This document shows positions 18,757 to 28,374 of a stretch of 64,000 nucleotides of DNA, piece after piece. The number at the start of each line of letters is the position of its first letter. Position 1 is the first letter of the stretch. Origin of the DNA: Planctomycetales bacterium (GTDB lineage: Bacteria > 4484-113). The notes under the pieces are model-generated. The model was not told where the DNA came from. It saw only the letters and a list, made by a program, of their open reading frames with translations, and did no database searches. Both the position numbers and the translations under genes were made by a program. Location of the stretch: the NCBI GenBank assembly GCA_037441675.1, contig JBBIRS010000001.1, positions 1 to 64,000 on the forward strand. Direction: 5' to 3'.

Positions 18757-19428
18757 TTAGAGAGGCCCTGAGATTCCTGTCTTTCTTATCATTAGGAAGT
18801 GAAGCGCCATAAATATGAGCATTAGGACGGGTAGAAACCAGACGTGCATTGCGAAGAATCTGGTTAGGGTATCTCCGGAAACTTGTTCTCCTCCACGAAG
18901 AAAAACTAATATGAAATGCCCAAGGCTTTGCGGGGGAAGTGATCTAGTAATTTCTGTTCCAACCGTTGTTGCCCAGTATGAAACCTGATCCCAAGGAAGA
19001 AGATAGCCCGTAAAGCCAAACGCCAGTGCTAAAAGAAACATAATCACGCCAGAAACCCAATGAAACTCTCTTGGTTTCTTGTAAGAACCTGTCACAAAAA
19101 CTCTTACCATATGAAGAATGATAAGAGCGATGAAAAGGTTCGCACCAAGGCTGTGGAGGCTTCTCACGAACCAACCGTAGGGCACTTCCTTCATTATGAA
19201 GTCAATTGAGCGATACGCTTCAGCAACTGTTGGCTTGTAGTAGAAGAGTAGAAGAATTCCAGAAGCTACTTGGATTACAAACGCGAAAAACGCAAGTCCT
19301 CCAAGACAGTACGGCCAAGTAGTAGCATGGGATGGAACAGTTTGCGAAAATTGCTTTTCAAGTGCCTCCGCAAATTCAAATCTTTCTTCAAGCGCATCCC
19401 AAATCTTCGCCATGAGGGTTCTTGCCAT
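18757..19428 (-). CDS. Cytochrome b6-like (N-terminal part of split cytochrome b)
   Basis: YCLGG (heme ci Cys position), RSLH..GA, LHMVRVF, FTGYLLPWDQ, RFFAMH, HFLMIRKTGISGPL. Confidence 0.93.
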   Translation of the reverse strand: MARTLMAKIWDALEERFEFAEALEKQFSQTVPSHATTWPYCLGGLAFFAFVIQVASGILLLFYYKPTVAEAYRSIDFIMKEVPYGWFVRSLHSLGANLFIALIILHMVRVFVTGSYKKPREFHWVSGVIMFLLALAFGFTGYLLPWDQVSYWATTVGTEITRSLPPQSLGHFILVFLRGGEQVSGDTLTRFFAMHVWFLPVLMLIFMALHFLMIRKTGISGPL

Positions 19429-19884
19429 TTAACTCCCCTTAATTACACTTCCTAGATAAATTTTGTCGCCAAGAATTTTTAGTTCATACTTAGGCAAAGG
19501 TAATGGAGCAGGACCACTTATTACTTGACCGTCAAGATTGAAACGAGCTCCATGGCAGGGACAAAATAGTTCGTTTCCAACTAACTGAACTATGCAACCA
19601 AGATGAGTGCATCGCAATGAAAGCGCGACAAAACCGTTAGGGCTTCCGCGATTTGCTATTATAACCGGTTCTCCATCGGCAGCAATCACATTCTTACCCT
19701 TTTCCGGAAGAATGTCAGTTACACTTCCAACTTCAACATATGAAGTTTTCTCAGATGAGCGCTTTGGTGGTCGAAGAAAACTTAGTAAAGGGTAAGTTAC
19801 CACTATAAGTGTGGCAAGACCTCCGAGGCTTGCCAAAAGGTTGAAGAACCTTCTTCGAGAAATAAACTCTTTAAGACTGTCCAT
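19429..19884 (-). CDS. Rieske [2Fe-2S] protein
   Basis: Tat signal SRRRFF; CTHLGC and CPCHGARF boxes; GPAPLPL. Confidence 0.95.
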   Translation of the reverse strand: MDSLKEFISRRRFFNLLASLGGLATLIVVTYPLLSFLRPPKRSSEKTSYVEVGSVTDILPEKGKNVIAADGEPVIIANRGSPNGFVALSLRCTHLGCIVQLVGNELFCPCHGARFNLDGQVISGPAPLPLPKYELKILGDKIYLGSVIKGS

Positions 19885-19969
19885 CGCATTTCACCTTAAG
19901 CAAATGACTTCTTCTAGGAACTTATATGAGTGTAAATTCCTGGACACTAAAACCATCACATACTACTAA

Positions 19970-20476
19970 CTATTTACTCTTCCAATGCTGTATCTTAGCT
20001 CTTTGCTTTTCGTAATCAAAGCCTTTGAAGTCGGGATATTCCTTGTTGTGACACTTAAGACAATCTTCCTTTGTTGGTTTTTTAATCGTGGCACGGCGCT
20101 TCTGCTTATCATTTATCGGAACTTTCATGTGCAAAGAGGCGGGCCCGTGACATGCTTCGCATTGAACATCAGCCAGCTTCGGCGTTTCTGACAAGGACTT
20201 AAATCCAGTTTTCTCACCAAAACCGGTTACATGACATTTGATGCATTTGGGGTCCTTTTGTTGTTGGTCGTTGAGCGAGCTAAATGCCTTCGCCATTTTT
20301 AAAGTAGACCAAACCTTCGCCTGTTCAGCGTGGCACACCTTGCAGTTCTTGGCGTTGTCGCCAACATACTCAGCCGTACCTTCTGATTGCCCAGATGCGC
20401 GCGAAGTAGCGTAAAACACTACACTGATAAAAGTGATGAAAATTACAAGACTTATTCGTCCATTACTTCTATTCAT
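19970..20476 (-). CDS. Tetraheme cytochrome c (c554-like)
   Basis: Signal peptide; YVG..CKVCH, CIKCHVTG, VQCEACHGP, CLKCH; AGGAGG RBS. Confidence 0.9.
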   Translation of the reverse strand: MNRSNGRISLVIFITFISVVFYATSRASGQSEGTAEYVGDNAKNCKVCHAEQAKVWSTLKMAKAFSSLNDQQQKDPKCIKCHVTGFGEKTGFKSLSETPKLADVQCEACHGPASLHMKVPINDKQKRRATIKKPTKEDCLKCHNKEYPDFKGFDYEKQRAKIQHWKSK

Positions 20477-20668
20477 AAGAGGATTTCCTCCTTTTTTAAT
20501 GATTTATATTATATCACTAACCTAATTAGTATCATAAATAATAATGCAATTAATTATATAAAATATTAAATAATTATTAGTAAATTTCTTCACATTCAGA
20601 AATAGAACCAAGAATGATTCATCTGTAACCATATTTTGGAGCTGTGATTCTAAATTCACGGAGCATTC

Positions 20669-21122
20669 TCAGAAGCGCTTCTCCAAAACGTCCCTTGGGC
20701 GAATCAAAACATACGGATTTAGGATTTAGATGGGCTTGCATTTCAATGAGAAAGCGTGGAGCGAACTAATTGAAATTTGTGGCATTAAACGGATTTGCAG
20801 TCGTACACTATCAATAGCCAACAGAACGCCCATAGATTTGCCCAGCAAGACCCTCATCGTTTAGATATGTATTTTATTACTAGGCGCACTTTCGTGCAGG
20901 GTAGATGTTGACAATAAAGGCAAGGTTTTGGGATAAATTTTACCTTAATGTTCGGATACGTACCTTCCACATACCTCAAAAGCTCCATCCATCGATGGCT
21001 CTTTCAATTTCTGCTTGGTATGGGTCAATGAGTGGAATATTATTCTCTTCCTTACAAGTCACAACACCTTCTCTCTATACGGTGCACTTGGCGAGATCAA
21101 TAATCATGCACCAATGCGCCAT
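20669..21122 (-). pseudogene. Decayed 4Fe-4S electron-transfer subunit (NrfC/QrcC/ActB2-type)
   Basis: Stitched frames read MAHWCMIIDLAKCTV*REGVVTCKEENNIP / RWMELLRYVEGTYPNIKVKFIPKPCLYCQHLPCTKV / TYLNDEGLAGQIYGRSVGY**CTTANPF..NFN*F / LNPYVLIRPRDVLEK. The AAAGGAG RBS is intact. Confidence 0.85.
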
Positions 21123-21171
21123 TAACTTCCCCTCTCCTTTCTTCCTATTCCTTATTGATAAAATTATAGGA

Positions 21172-21405
21172 GTGTTGAGAGAAGCTGGTTTTCTTCTTTT
21201 ATTTTTTGGAGGGCTACTGATAGCCATTGGACTTTTGCTAGTTTTGTGGGGCAAGGTAAACATTCCATATTTCGGAAGACTTCCAGGTGATATTGGTATT
21301 GAAAGGAATGGATTCAGCATTTATTTTCCTTGGGTTACTTTTTTGCTTTTATCTCTTCTTTTAACCATTGTGATAAACCTTTTGCTAAGATTATTTGGCA
21401 GATGA
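21172..21405 (+). CDS. DUF2905-family small membrane protein
   Basis: GRLPGDI.IERNGFSIYFP motif between TM helices. True start ~21172; the longer track ORF is antisense to the pseudogene. Confidence 0.85.
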   Translation: MLREAGFLLLFFGGLLIAIGLLLVLWGKVNIPYFGRLPGDIGIERNGFSIYFPWVTFLLLSLLLTIVINLLLRLFGR

Positions 21406-22838
21406 AACGTGAGATATTGCTCGCCTTAGGTTTATTTACTTTCATTTACTTCCTTTCATCTTTGAATTTTAGTCGATATGGAGTACTAATATTTGCAAAT
21501 GAGGTCGCGGGGAAACTGAATAGTGATGGTCAAAGTCAACAGCAATTTAATAAAAGCGAAACATTCAATTCATCAATGAATTCTGAGGGAGTCACCAGCG
21601 AACCAACCATCTTGGTAAGAGTTCTGTTATCGGATGGCGTACCATTATTTGAAATTACCTCCAGTGGAATGATTTCAGTAACAAATGAGGAGGGTAAACA
21701 TCTGGGAGAGTGGTCTCCGCCAATAAAAGTGTTTTTCCAATCGGGGACTATTAATTTAACTTCTACAGGAATGAGCGCATCAAGTTCTTACTTCAAGTGT
21801 GAACCAACCCTTGGAAATGTTTTATCTCATCGAGGTATCTCTTACAATGGTGATTTCATCTTACAGGTCTGGAGAGGGAAGCCTCTCTTGATAAACCGTG
21901 TAGGACTTGAAGAATATACTGCAAGTGTAGTTACTGCAGAGATGCCTGCCCTTTGGCATGAAGAGGCCTTGAAGGCTCAAGCTGTTGCTGCAAGGACTTA
22001 TGCCCTTCAAAGGCTTTTAGTAAATGCAGACAAGCCATTTGATGTATATGCTACAGTCGCTGATCAGCTTTACCAGGGCTTAAAGTCTGTGCATCTAAGA
22101 GGACTAAAGGCAACTTCTGATACGAGGGGCAAAATAATTGCCTTTAATGGTGAACCGATTATTGCTTACTATCATTCCGCCAGCGGTGGAAAAACAAGAC
22201 AGGGTAGTTTGCCTTATCTTGTTTCAGTAGATAGTCCGGAAAATTCGCCATTTAATAGCTGGGAAGTTGAATTTTCAATTAAGGATATTCAGGAGAAAGT
22301 TCAAGCTTCTCTGCCTGAATTAGGCGATGTCTATGATATTCAACCCGTCTTATTATCCCCTATGGAAGTGAAAGTTATTGCGATTGGGAAGAAGGGTAAG
22401 AAAGAGTTAAATTCAGTTGCATTAAGAAATATTCTGGGCGTAAATGTTATAAGAAGCCCTAATTATATAGTTGAAGTATCAGGCTTTCTCCCGGGCGAAG
22501 ATTTTCGGGAGATTCACGACTGGATGCGAGTAAGTGTGATATCCGCAAATTCCGAGAAAGACATAAAGGTGCGGCGTGCCACTGTGACTAGCGGTTTACT
22601 AACACGTCCTATGTATCACCGATATTATGCGGCGAAACTTAAGGAAATCCCAGATAGGTTACTGTTTAAGGGGAGTGGCTATGGGCACGGCCTTGGGATG
22701 AGTCAGTGGGGCGCAAAGAAGATGGCAGAAGAAGGGAGGAGCTGGGAAGAAATAATAAAACACTACTTTAATGGCGTTGAAGTGGTTAATATTTCCGACT
22801 TAAATTATAGGAGTAAAGTCCTTCACCAGTTCAATTAA
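21402..22838 (+). CDS. SpoIID/LytB-domain peptidoglycan lytic transglycosylase
   Basis: INRVGLEEY..SVV.AEMP..W..EALKAQAVAARTYA, DQLYQG, YHSASGG, G.GYGHGLGMSQWGA. Confidence 0.92.
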   Translation: MKREILLALGLFTFIYFLSSLNFSRYGVLIFANEVAGKLNSDGQSQQQFNKSETFNSSMNSEGVTSEPTILVRVLLSDGVPLFEITSSGMISVTNEEGKHLGEWSPPIKVFFQSGTINLTSTGMSASSSYFKCEPTLGNVLSHRGISYNGDFILQVWRGKPLLINRVGLEEYTASVVTAEMPALWHEEALKAQAVAARTYALQRLLVNADKPFDVYATVADQLYQGLKSVHLRGLKATSDTRGKIIAFNGEPIIAYYHSASGGKTRQGSLPYLVSVDSPENSPFNSWEVEFSIKDIQEKVQASLPELGDVYDIQPVLLSPMEVKVIAIGKKGKKELNSVALRNILGVNVIRSPNYIVEVSGFLPGEDFREIHDWMRVSVISANSEKDIKVRRATVTSGLLTRPMYHRYYAAKLKEIPDRLLFKGSGYGHGLGMSQWGAKKMAEEGRSWEEIIKHYFNGVEVVNISDLNYRSKVLHQFN

Positions 22839-23579
22839 AGAATTCACCTTCAATGGAGAAACAGAGTAAAAAGCATGAGCATATTTAGTTCTGATGTGTC
22901 TTCCCCATTGGCGAGCCATTGCCTCAAAAAACTCGCGAATTCCGGCGTGTCTATCTGGGTCTCCGAACTGACTTCTGTGAACTAAGACTGCTTGTATCCA
23001 TTGGTCAAAGTACTCCGTAACATCTACGATGAATGTAGGACTGACGGTTGGAGGTAAGAAGTAGTAGAAGATTGCGGAAGCCTGGTGTGGTTGGTAACCC
23101 ATCGGTTCAACCAATTTCCTTAAGTGAGAATAGTTGAAAGCATGACTAGCTAGAATGCCTGTTTTAACGTGGTCATTATGCCCCAGTCCTCTGCCTAAAG
23201 GCAGGATGTAGTATGGCGCTAGCACAATCTTAGGACGCCACTTACAAATGACACTGGCAAAGAGCTTCCTATTTTCAAAAGTATCTTCAACTCCACAGTC
23301 CGGCAACTGCAGATTTTCACGCACTGTGAGCTTAAGAATGCTTGCTGCTTCCATACTCTCTTGTCTTCTTATATCAACATCACCGCCGGTGCTTGCCTCA
23401 CCTTCAGTCACATCAATGATAGCGGTTTTTTGCCCTTGCGCCTGAGCCTTGAGCAACACTCCACCGCAACCAATCTCAGCATCATCAGGATGAGGTGAGA
23501 AGGCTAGTATATCTATATTGAAACTCGTTTCTAATGGCTCTTCTGGAAATATTTGAACTGTCGCTTCAGTTTTCGTCAT
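22800..23579 (-). CDS. PIG-L/LmbE deacetylase, BshB1-like
   Basis: PHPDDAEIGCGG, TEGEAST, R.QES..A, H.DH, HRSQF. Confidence 0.85.
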   Translation of the reverse strand: MTKTEATVQIFPEEPLETSFNIDILAFSPHPDDAEIGCGGVLLKAQAQGQKTAIIDVTEGEASTGGDVDIRRQESMEAASILKLTVRENLQLPDCGVEDTFENRKLFASVICKWRPKIVLAPYYILPLGRGLGHNDHVKTGILASHAFNYSHLRKLVEPMGYQPHQASAIFYYFLPPTVSPTFIVDVTEYFDQWIQAVLVHRSQFGDPDRHAGIREFFEAMARQWGRHIRTKYAHAFYSVSPLKVNSLIELVKDFTPII

Positions 23580-23746
23580 AAAACACTCCTGACTAGTGAA
23601 TGGGAATACTAAGGTAGTTTTACAAATTAGCTTATTTATTAAATTATACAAAAAATTTTCTTAAGAACCAAGTTGACTAATTGACCCCATAGAGATTAAA
23701 CTACAATTTCAAAATAACCCATAAAGGTTTGATAACACAAAGATTA

Positions 23747-25036
23747 ATGAGTGTTACTGTGATAGTTGGAGCACAGTGGGGAGACGAGGGGAAGGGTAAA
23801 ATCACACATTTTCTAGCCTCGGATTATGACATTGTTTTGCGATTCCAGGGTGGCAGTAACGCCGGACACACTGTTATAACGAAGGGCAAAAAGTACAAGT
23901 TCAACCTATTGCCAAGTGGTATTCTCCACGATTCCTGCACTTGCTTATTGAGTGATGGGATGGTTGTAGATACCGCTCACTTAATAGAAGAAATAAACAC
24001 TTTGAAATCAGAGGGAGTATGGTTTGAGAATCTTCTCTTGGGTAGCGGTGCCAATTTAGTCTTACCGTATCACACACTAATAGACGAGTTGGAAGAAGAA
24101 AGGCTTGCTGGTGAGGCAATTGGAACGACAAGACGGGGGATTGGCCCAGCTTACGCTGACAAGTATTCTCGCACAGGGCTTTTAGTTGGGGATTTATTAA
24201 AGCCTGATTATCTTAAAAAAAGACTTATGGGGATAGTAGAGTATAAGAATGAGCTGATTCGTTGTGTGTACCATTCTTCAAAAGCTATTGATTTCTCTCA
24301 ATTATACGAGGAATTACTAACTCATGCAGATTTTCTTAAGCCTTACATAATTGATACAGTTCCCTTTGTAAGATCTGCTATTAAAGAAGAGAAAGCGGTT
24401 CTTTGTGAAGGAGCTCAGGGAACACTATTGGATGTTGACTATGGAACATACCCATACGTTACAAGCTCTCATTCCACGACCGCAGGTGCCTGTTTAGGAA
24501 CGGGTATCTCTCCCTTAGAAATTTCAAGGGTTATTGGTGTTTCCAAAGCTTATACAACAAGGGTCGGGCAGGGTTGTTTCCCCACCGAGTTGAAAGATGA
24601 AATTGGCGAACAAATACGCCAGCGTGGCAGAGAGTATGGAACTACAACCGGTAGGCCAAGGCGTTGCGGGTGGCTAGATCTTGTCTTGCTACGTTATGCT
24701 ATTGAAATTAGTGGTTGTACTGAATTGGCGTTAACTAAAATTGATGTTCTTGATGGAATTGATGAAATCAAGGTTTGTGTTGCCTATAAGCATAATGGGA
24801 AAATAGTGGAAAACATTTCAGTTTCCGATATTGAGCTTTCAAATTACGAGCCAATCTACCAAACCTTCAAGGGTTGGAAGCATAGCATTTCAGGGGTTCA
24901 GAGCGTAAATGAATTACCTGATGAGTTTTTACGCTTAACGGATTTTATAACTCAAAGCATAGGCATACCAATTACCTTGCTCTCGGTTGGAGAGGCATCA
25001 GAGCAAACTTGCGTTTTTCGCAAATATTTAGAGTAA
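23747..25036 (+). CDS. purA: Adenylosuccinate synthetase
   Basis: GAQWGDEGKGK, QGGSNAGHT, GTTRRGIGPAY, EGAQG, EYGTTTGRPRRCGW. Confidence 0.98.
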   Translation: MSVTVIVGAQWGDEGKGKITHFLASDYDIVLRFQGGSNAGHTVITKGKKYKFNLLPSGILHDSCTCLLSDGMVVDTAHLIEEINTLKSEGVWFENLLLGSGANLVLPYHTLIDELEEERLAGEAIGTTRRGIGPAYADKYSRTGLLVGDLLKPDYLKKRLMGIVEYKNELIRCVYHSSKAIDFSQLYEELLTHADFLKPYIIDTVPFVRSAIKEEKAVLCEGAQGTLLDVDYGTYPYVTSSHSTTAGACLGTGISPLEISRVIGVSKAYTTRVGQGCFPTELKDEIGEQIRQRGREYGTTTGRPRRCGWLDLVLLRYAIEISGCTELALTKIDVLDGIDEIKVCVAYKHNGKIVENISVSDIELSNYEPIYQTFKGWKHSISGVQSVNELPDEFLRLTDFITQSIGIPITLLSVGEASEQTCVFRKYLE

Positions 25037-25123
25037 ACGGTGCGTTATTGAGGGCAATTAATGGCTCCTAGGCGTTATTGTTTCGTTAGATTCAAGACAT
25101 TATTCTGATGGTATAATCTGATT

Positions 25124-28100
25124 GTGAAGGATATGGATAGGGAGATAGTGCATAGGGTGAGATTTATTTGCACGCTAGCCCTTGAATTTACTCTCTCACT
25201 GGTGATTTTTTCTGCCTGCGGGAGGCAGTCAAACCAACTTTCTTCATATCCTCAAGTAGTTTCCCAAAGTTCGGTTCAATCTATCTTTGATGATGATTTA
25301 CCTTACTTCCCGAACCGTATAATCATTGCATTTAATAAGGATTTTGAGCTTTCGGAAGATATAGGAAAGTCTTATCGCGCTTTAGTCCCGTCGGGACCCC
25401 TTTATCAAAATGAAGAGTCAGCCCTATTTGCTAGGTACCTAGCGGATGAGTTGGGCTTAGCTCTTTCAAATGAAGTCTACGTTGAAGACTTAAATTTCGC
25501 CTCATATCAAGTTCCTGAATCTTTGAGTGTTGAGGAATTAATAAACTCGCTACCATTGAAATATCCTAATGAGGTACGCTATGTGGAATATGATGGAAAA
25601 GCAGAGCTAGCCTTTGTACCAAACGATCCATTCTATCCCGACGATGTATGGGGTCTAGTCAAGGTTAATCCGGAAACCGCTTGGGATTACACAGTTGGTG
25701 ACGAAGTTTATATTGGGGTCATTGACTCAGGAATTCGCATGAACAACGGAAACCCTGATCACGAGGATCTGATGGACAATGTCTATCTTCCTGAAGGATT
25801 TACCTTAGACCTGGTGAACAACGACGCGATACCTGAGGATACCGATGGGCATGGCACCCATGTAGCCGGGATTGCATCTGCCGTTGGCAATAATTCTTTA
25901 GGTCTGCCCGGGGTCGCCTTTGCAGCTAAGATAGTCCCAATAAGAGTTCTGGTTGGAGATGAAGTACAGTTACCGTACTCAAGGGTAATTCAGGCTATCC
26001 AAACTGCAGTACAAGCTGGTTGTAAGGTTATTAATATGAGCTTGGGTGGTAGCTTTTTATCGAAAGCTCTTCAGGAGACGGTAGAACAGGCTTACTTGAA
26101 CGGTGTGCTTCTGGTAGCAGCGGCTATGAATAGAGGTAACGAGAAGATGATATATCCTGCTGCTTATGAGGAAGTTATCGCGGTAGGAGCGACTGATCCG
26201 GATGATAAACGGGCCAGCTTTAGTAATTACGGAGAATGGGTAGATATTGCTGCACCTGGTACTAATATCCTCTCAACTCTAGCAAATTCCTCCACCTCAT
26301 ACGGTTACAAAAGTGGAACTAGTATGGCTTCTCCTCTTGTGGCAGGTGCTGGGGCTTTGCTTTGGGGACTCAATCCAGATCTAAGCGTAGAAGAAGTTAA
26401 GGCAATCCTTGAGGCAAGTGGAGATGATTTAGTCGATTCTGAGTGGAATAATCCGGACATTAAAAGGCTAAACGTTAGCCAGGCTGTTAATTATAGCCTT
26501 GGTTCACCACCTACAGTTCAAATCTTATCCCCATCTGAGGGTCAAGTTTCTGGCGTAGTTGATGTTACTGTTAGCGCAACAGACTCTGATGGAACTGTGA
26601 AGAAAGCCACCTTCTATGTAGGAAGTTATTTCTTGGGTGTGGATAGGACAGAACCATTTAGCGTCTCTTGGAATACCGAAAACTTCCCAAACAAGCAATA
26701 CACATTAAAAGTTATCGCTACCGATGATGATTCGCAAATTGCGGTTGATACTGTTGAAGTTACTGTAAACAACTCAGAGATAAGTCCAGATTACTGGGAG
26801 GACTTTGAGAGCGGAGAGAACGGTTGGTGGATAAGAAACGACAGTGGTAACTCGTTCTGGCACATTTCAACAGAAAAGTCTAATTCACCCACTCATTCCT
26901 TTAAGTTTGGTAGCAACAGTGGTGGCGTCTACCAAAATAATGAATTTGATCTCTTATTTTCTCCATCATTTAACTTAAACGGTTTGGAGCACGTCAAAAT
27001 TGAGTTCAATCACTTTGAAGATTTCAATATTGGTGATACTGGTTACGTAGCAGTCAATATCGGTGACGGGGAATATTATCTTCTTGAAAGCTTTAGTGAT
27101 CTATCAACAGATTGGGGTTTCACTGAAGTTAGCTTAGATGACTTCATAGGAAATAGTGTCCAGATTGTATTTATTGCCGAAACGGATGGTTTTGGTGTTA
27201 GTGGAGGCTGGTGGATAGATGATTTTAGAATAAGGAAGTCTTCAGACCCACCCACAATAACTCTAATCGAACCCGTAGGGGGAGAGGTTTCAGGGACCAT
27301 ATGGGTTAGAGCCAATGCCTCCGATGATGTAAGTATTTCAAAGGTTGAATTCTACGTTGATAATCAGTTGAAATTTACGGACACCTCAGCGCCATATCAA
27401 TTTCAATTAGATACAACAACGATTCATGGTGGGGATAGAAAAGTTAAGGCGGTGGCGTACGATGAATATCCGTTAACTGCAAGTGATGAGGTAACTGTAA
27501 CGGTAAAGAACCACTCAATTTCATCATTTGCTCCATCCTCCGCGACAGCGGATAATTTCCTCAATATAAATGGAAGCCTTTTTATTGAGAATGGAGTAGA
27601 AAGCCGTGACCCAACTACTGATAAAGTTTATTTTACCGGCGTTAGCGGGCGAGTAGAAGCTCAAGTATCCAGTTGGCGTAGGGACAGAATTACGGTAGTT
27701 ATTCCTAAGGGGGCAGTAGACGGTGTGATTTATGTGGATATTGGTTCTGCCTCCGTCAACTCTTCAACTGCCTTTACTATTCTACCCAAAATAGATGTAT
27801 TAGTTCCAAACGCAGCTTATGTAGGAGATACGATTGAGGTTGTTGGCTCAGGCTTCCTAGCGGAGATGTCGGAAGAATCAGAGGTGAGTTTTGGCGCTCT
27901 CATTGCGGAAAATGTTTTATCCTGGAGTACAACAAGCATAATGGTAGAAGTCCCTAAAGGAGTGAAGCCTTCTCTCGTTACTGTAAAGACCAAAAATGGC
28001 ACAAGTACTGGAGTTATTTTCACTCCCATCCCAAGAATACTTGAGCTCTCAAGGTACTGGGGTCATCCTGGGGCGGAACTTACAATCCGCGGAACAAGCT

Positions 28101-28321
28101 TCGGAGATTTTAGGGGTTCTTCGGTAGTTGTTTTCGCTCCCAATGTGCAGGTCCCAAGTGGAAATTTCCTAAGCTGGAATGACAGTGAGATAATTCTCAT
28201 AATTCCATCTGGCGCAGAAACAGGACCACTCCGAATGCTCGTTAATGGCAATCAAAGTAATGCGGTTGAATTTACAATTACTCTACCGCCACCAAGATTA
28301 AACGACGTTCAGCAGTTTTAG
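25124..28321 (+). CDS. Subtilisin-like S8 serine protease lipoprotein with Ig-like and IPT/TIG domains
   Basis: Lipobox FSAC; catalytic triad VIDSG / HGTHVAG / GTSMASP; Big-like repeats (A.D.DG.V.KV.FY), a beta-sandwich ending GWWIDD, and IPT-like repeats (I.G..F...SW...I.V.VP.G). Confidence 0.9.
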   Translation: MKDMDREIVHRVRFICTLALEFTLSLVIFSACGRQSNQLSSYPQVVSQSSVQSIFDDDLPYFPNRIIIAFNKDFELSEDIGKSYRALVPSGPLYQNEESALFARYLADELGLALSNEVYVEDLNFASYQVPESLSVEELINSLPLKYPNEVRYVEYDGKAELAFVPNDPFYPDDVWGLVKVNPETAWDYTVGDEVYIGVIDSGIRMNNGNPDHEDLMDNVYLPEGFTLDLVNNDAIPEDTDGHGTHVAGIASAVGNNSLGLPGVAFAAKIVPIRVLVGDEVQLPYSRVIQAIQTAVQAGCKVINMSLGGSFLSKALQETVEQAYLNGVLLVAAAMNRGNEKMIYPAAYEEVIAVGATDPDDKRASFSNYGEWVDIAAPGTNILSTLANSSTSYGYKSGTSMASPLVAGAGALLWGLNPDLSVEEVKAILEASGDDLVDSEWNNPDIKRLNVSQAVNYSLGSPPTVQILSPSEGQVSGVVDVTVSATDSDGTVKKATFYVGSYFLGVDRTEPFSVSWNTENFPNKQYTLKVIATDDDSQIAVDTVEVTVNNSEISPDYWEDFESGENGWWIRNDSGNSFWHISTEKSNSPTHSFKFGSNSGGVYQNNEFDLLFSPSFNLNGLEHVKIEFNHFEDFNIGDTGYVAVNIGDGEYYLLESFSDLSTDWGFTEVSLDDFIGNSVQIVFIAETDGFGVSGGWWIDDFRIRKSSDPPTITLIEPVGGEVSGTIWVRANASDDVSISKVEFYVDNQLKFTDTSAPYQFQLDTTTIHGGDRKVKAVAYDEYPLTASDEVTVTVKNHSISSFAPSSATADNFLNINGSLFIENGVESRDPTTDKVYFTGVSGRVEAQVSSWRRDRITVVIPKGAVDGVIYVDIGSASVNSSTAFTILPKIDVLVPNAAYVGDTIEVVGSGFLAEMSEESEVSFGALIAENVLSWSTTSIMVEVPKGVKPSLVTVKTKNGTSTGVIFTPIPRILELSRYWGHPGAELTIRGTSFGDFRGSSVVVFAPNVQVPSGNFLSWNDSEIILIIPSGAETGPLRMLVNGNQSNAVEFTITLPPPRLNDVQQF

Positions 28322-28374
28322 AGTGTTTAGATAGCGCCAATTGTGTTAGAATTCTTTCAATTGGAAGTGGCAGA

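Noticed and set aside
20905..21171. N-terminal extension of the DUF2905 ORF and the 21075-21320 minus ORF
   Set aside because: Both are artefacts. The first is antisense to the Fe-S pseudogene; the second is antisense to DUF2905 joined to the first 15 codons of the pseudogene.
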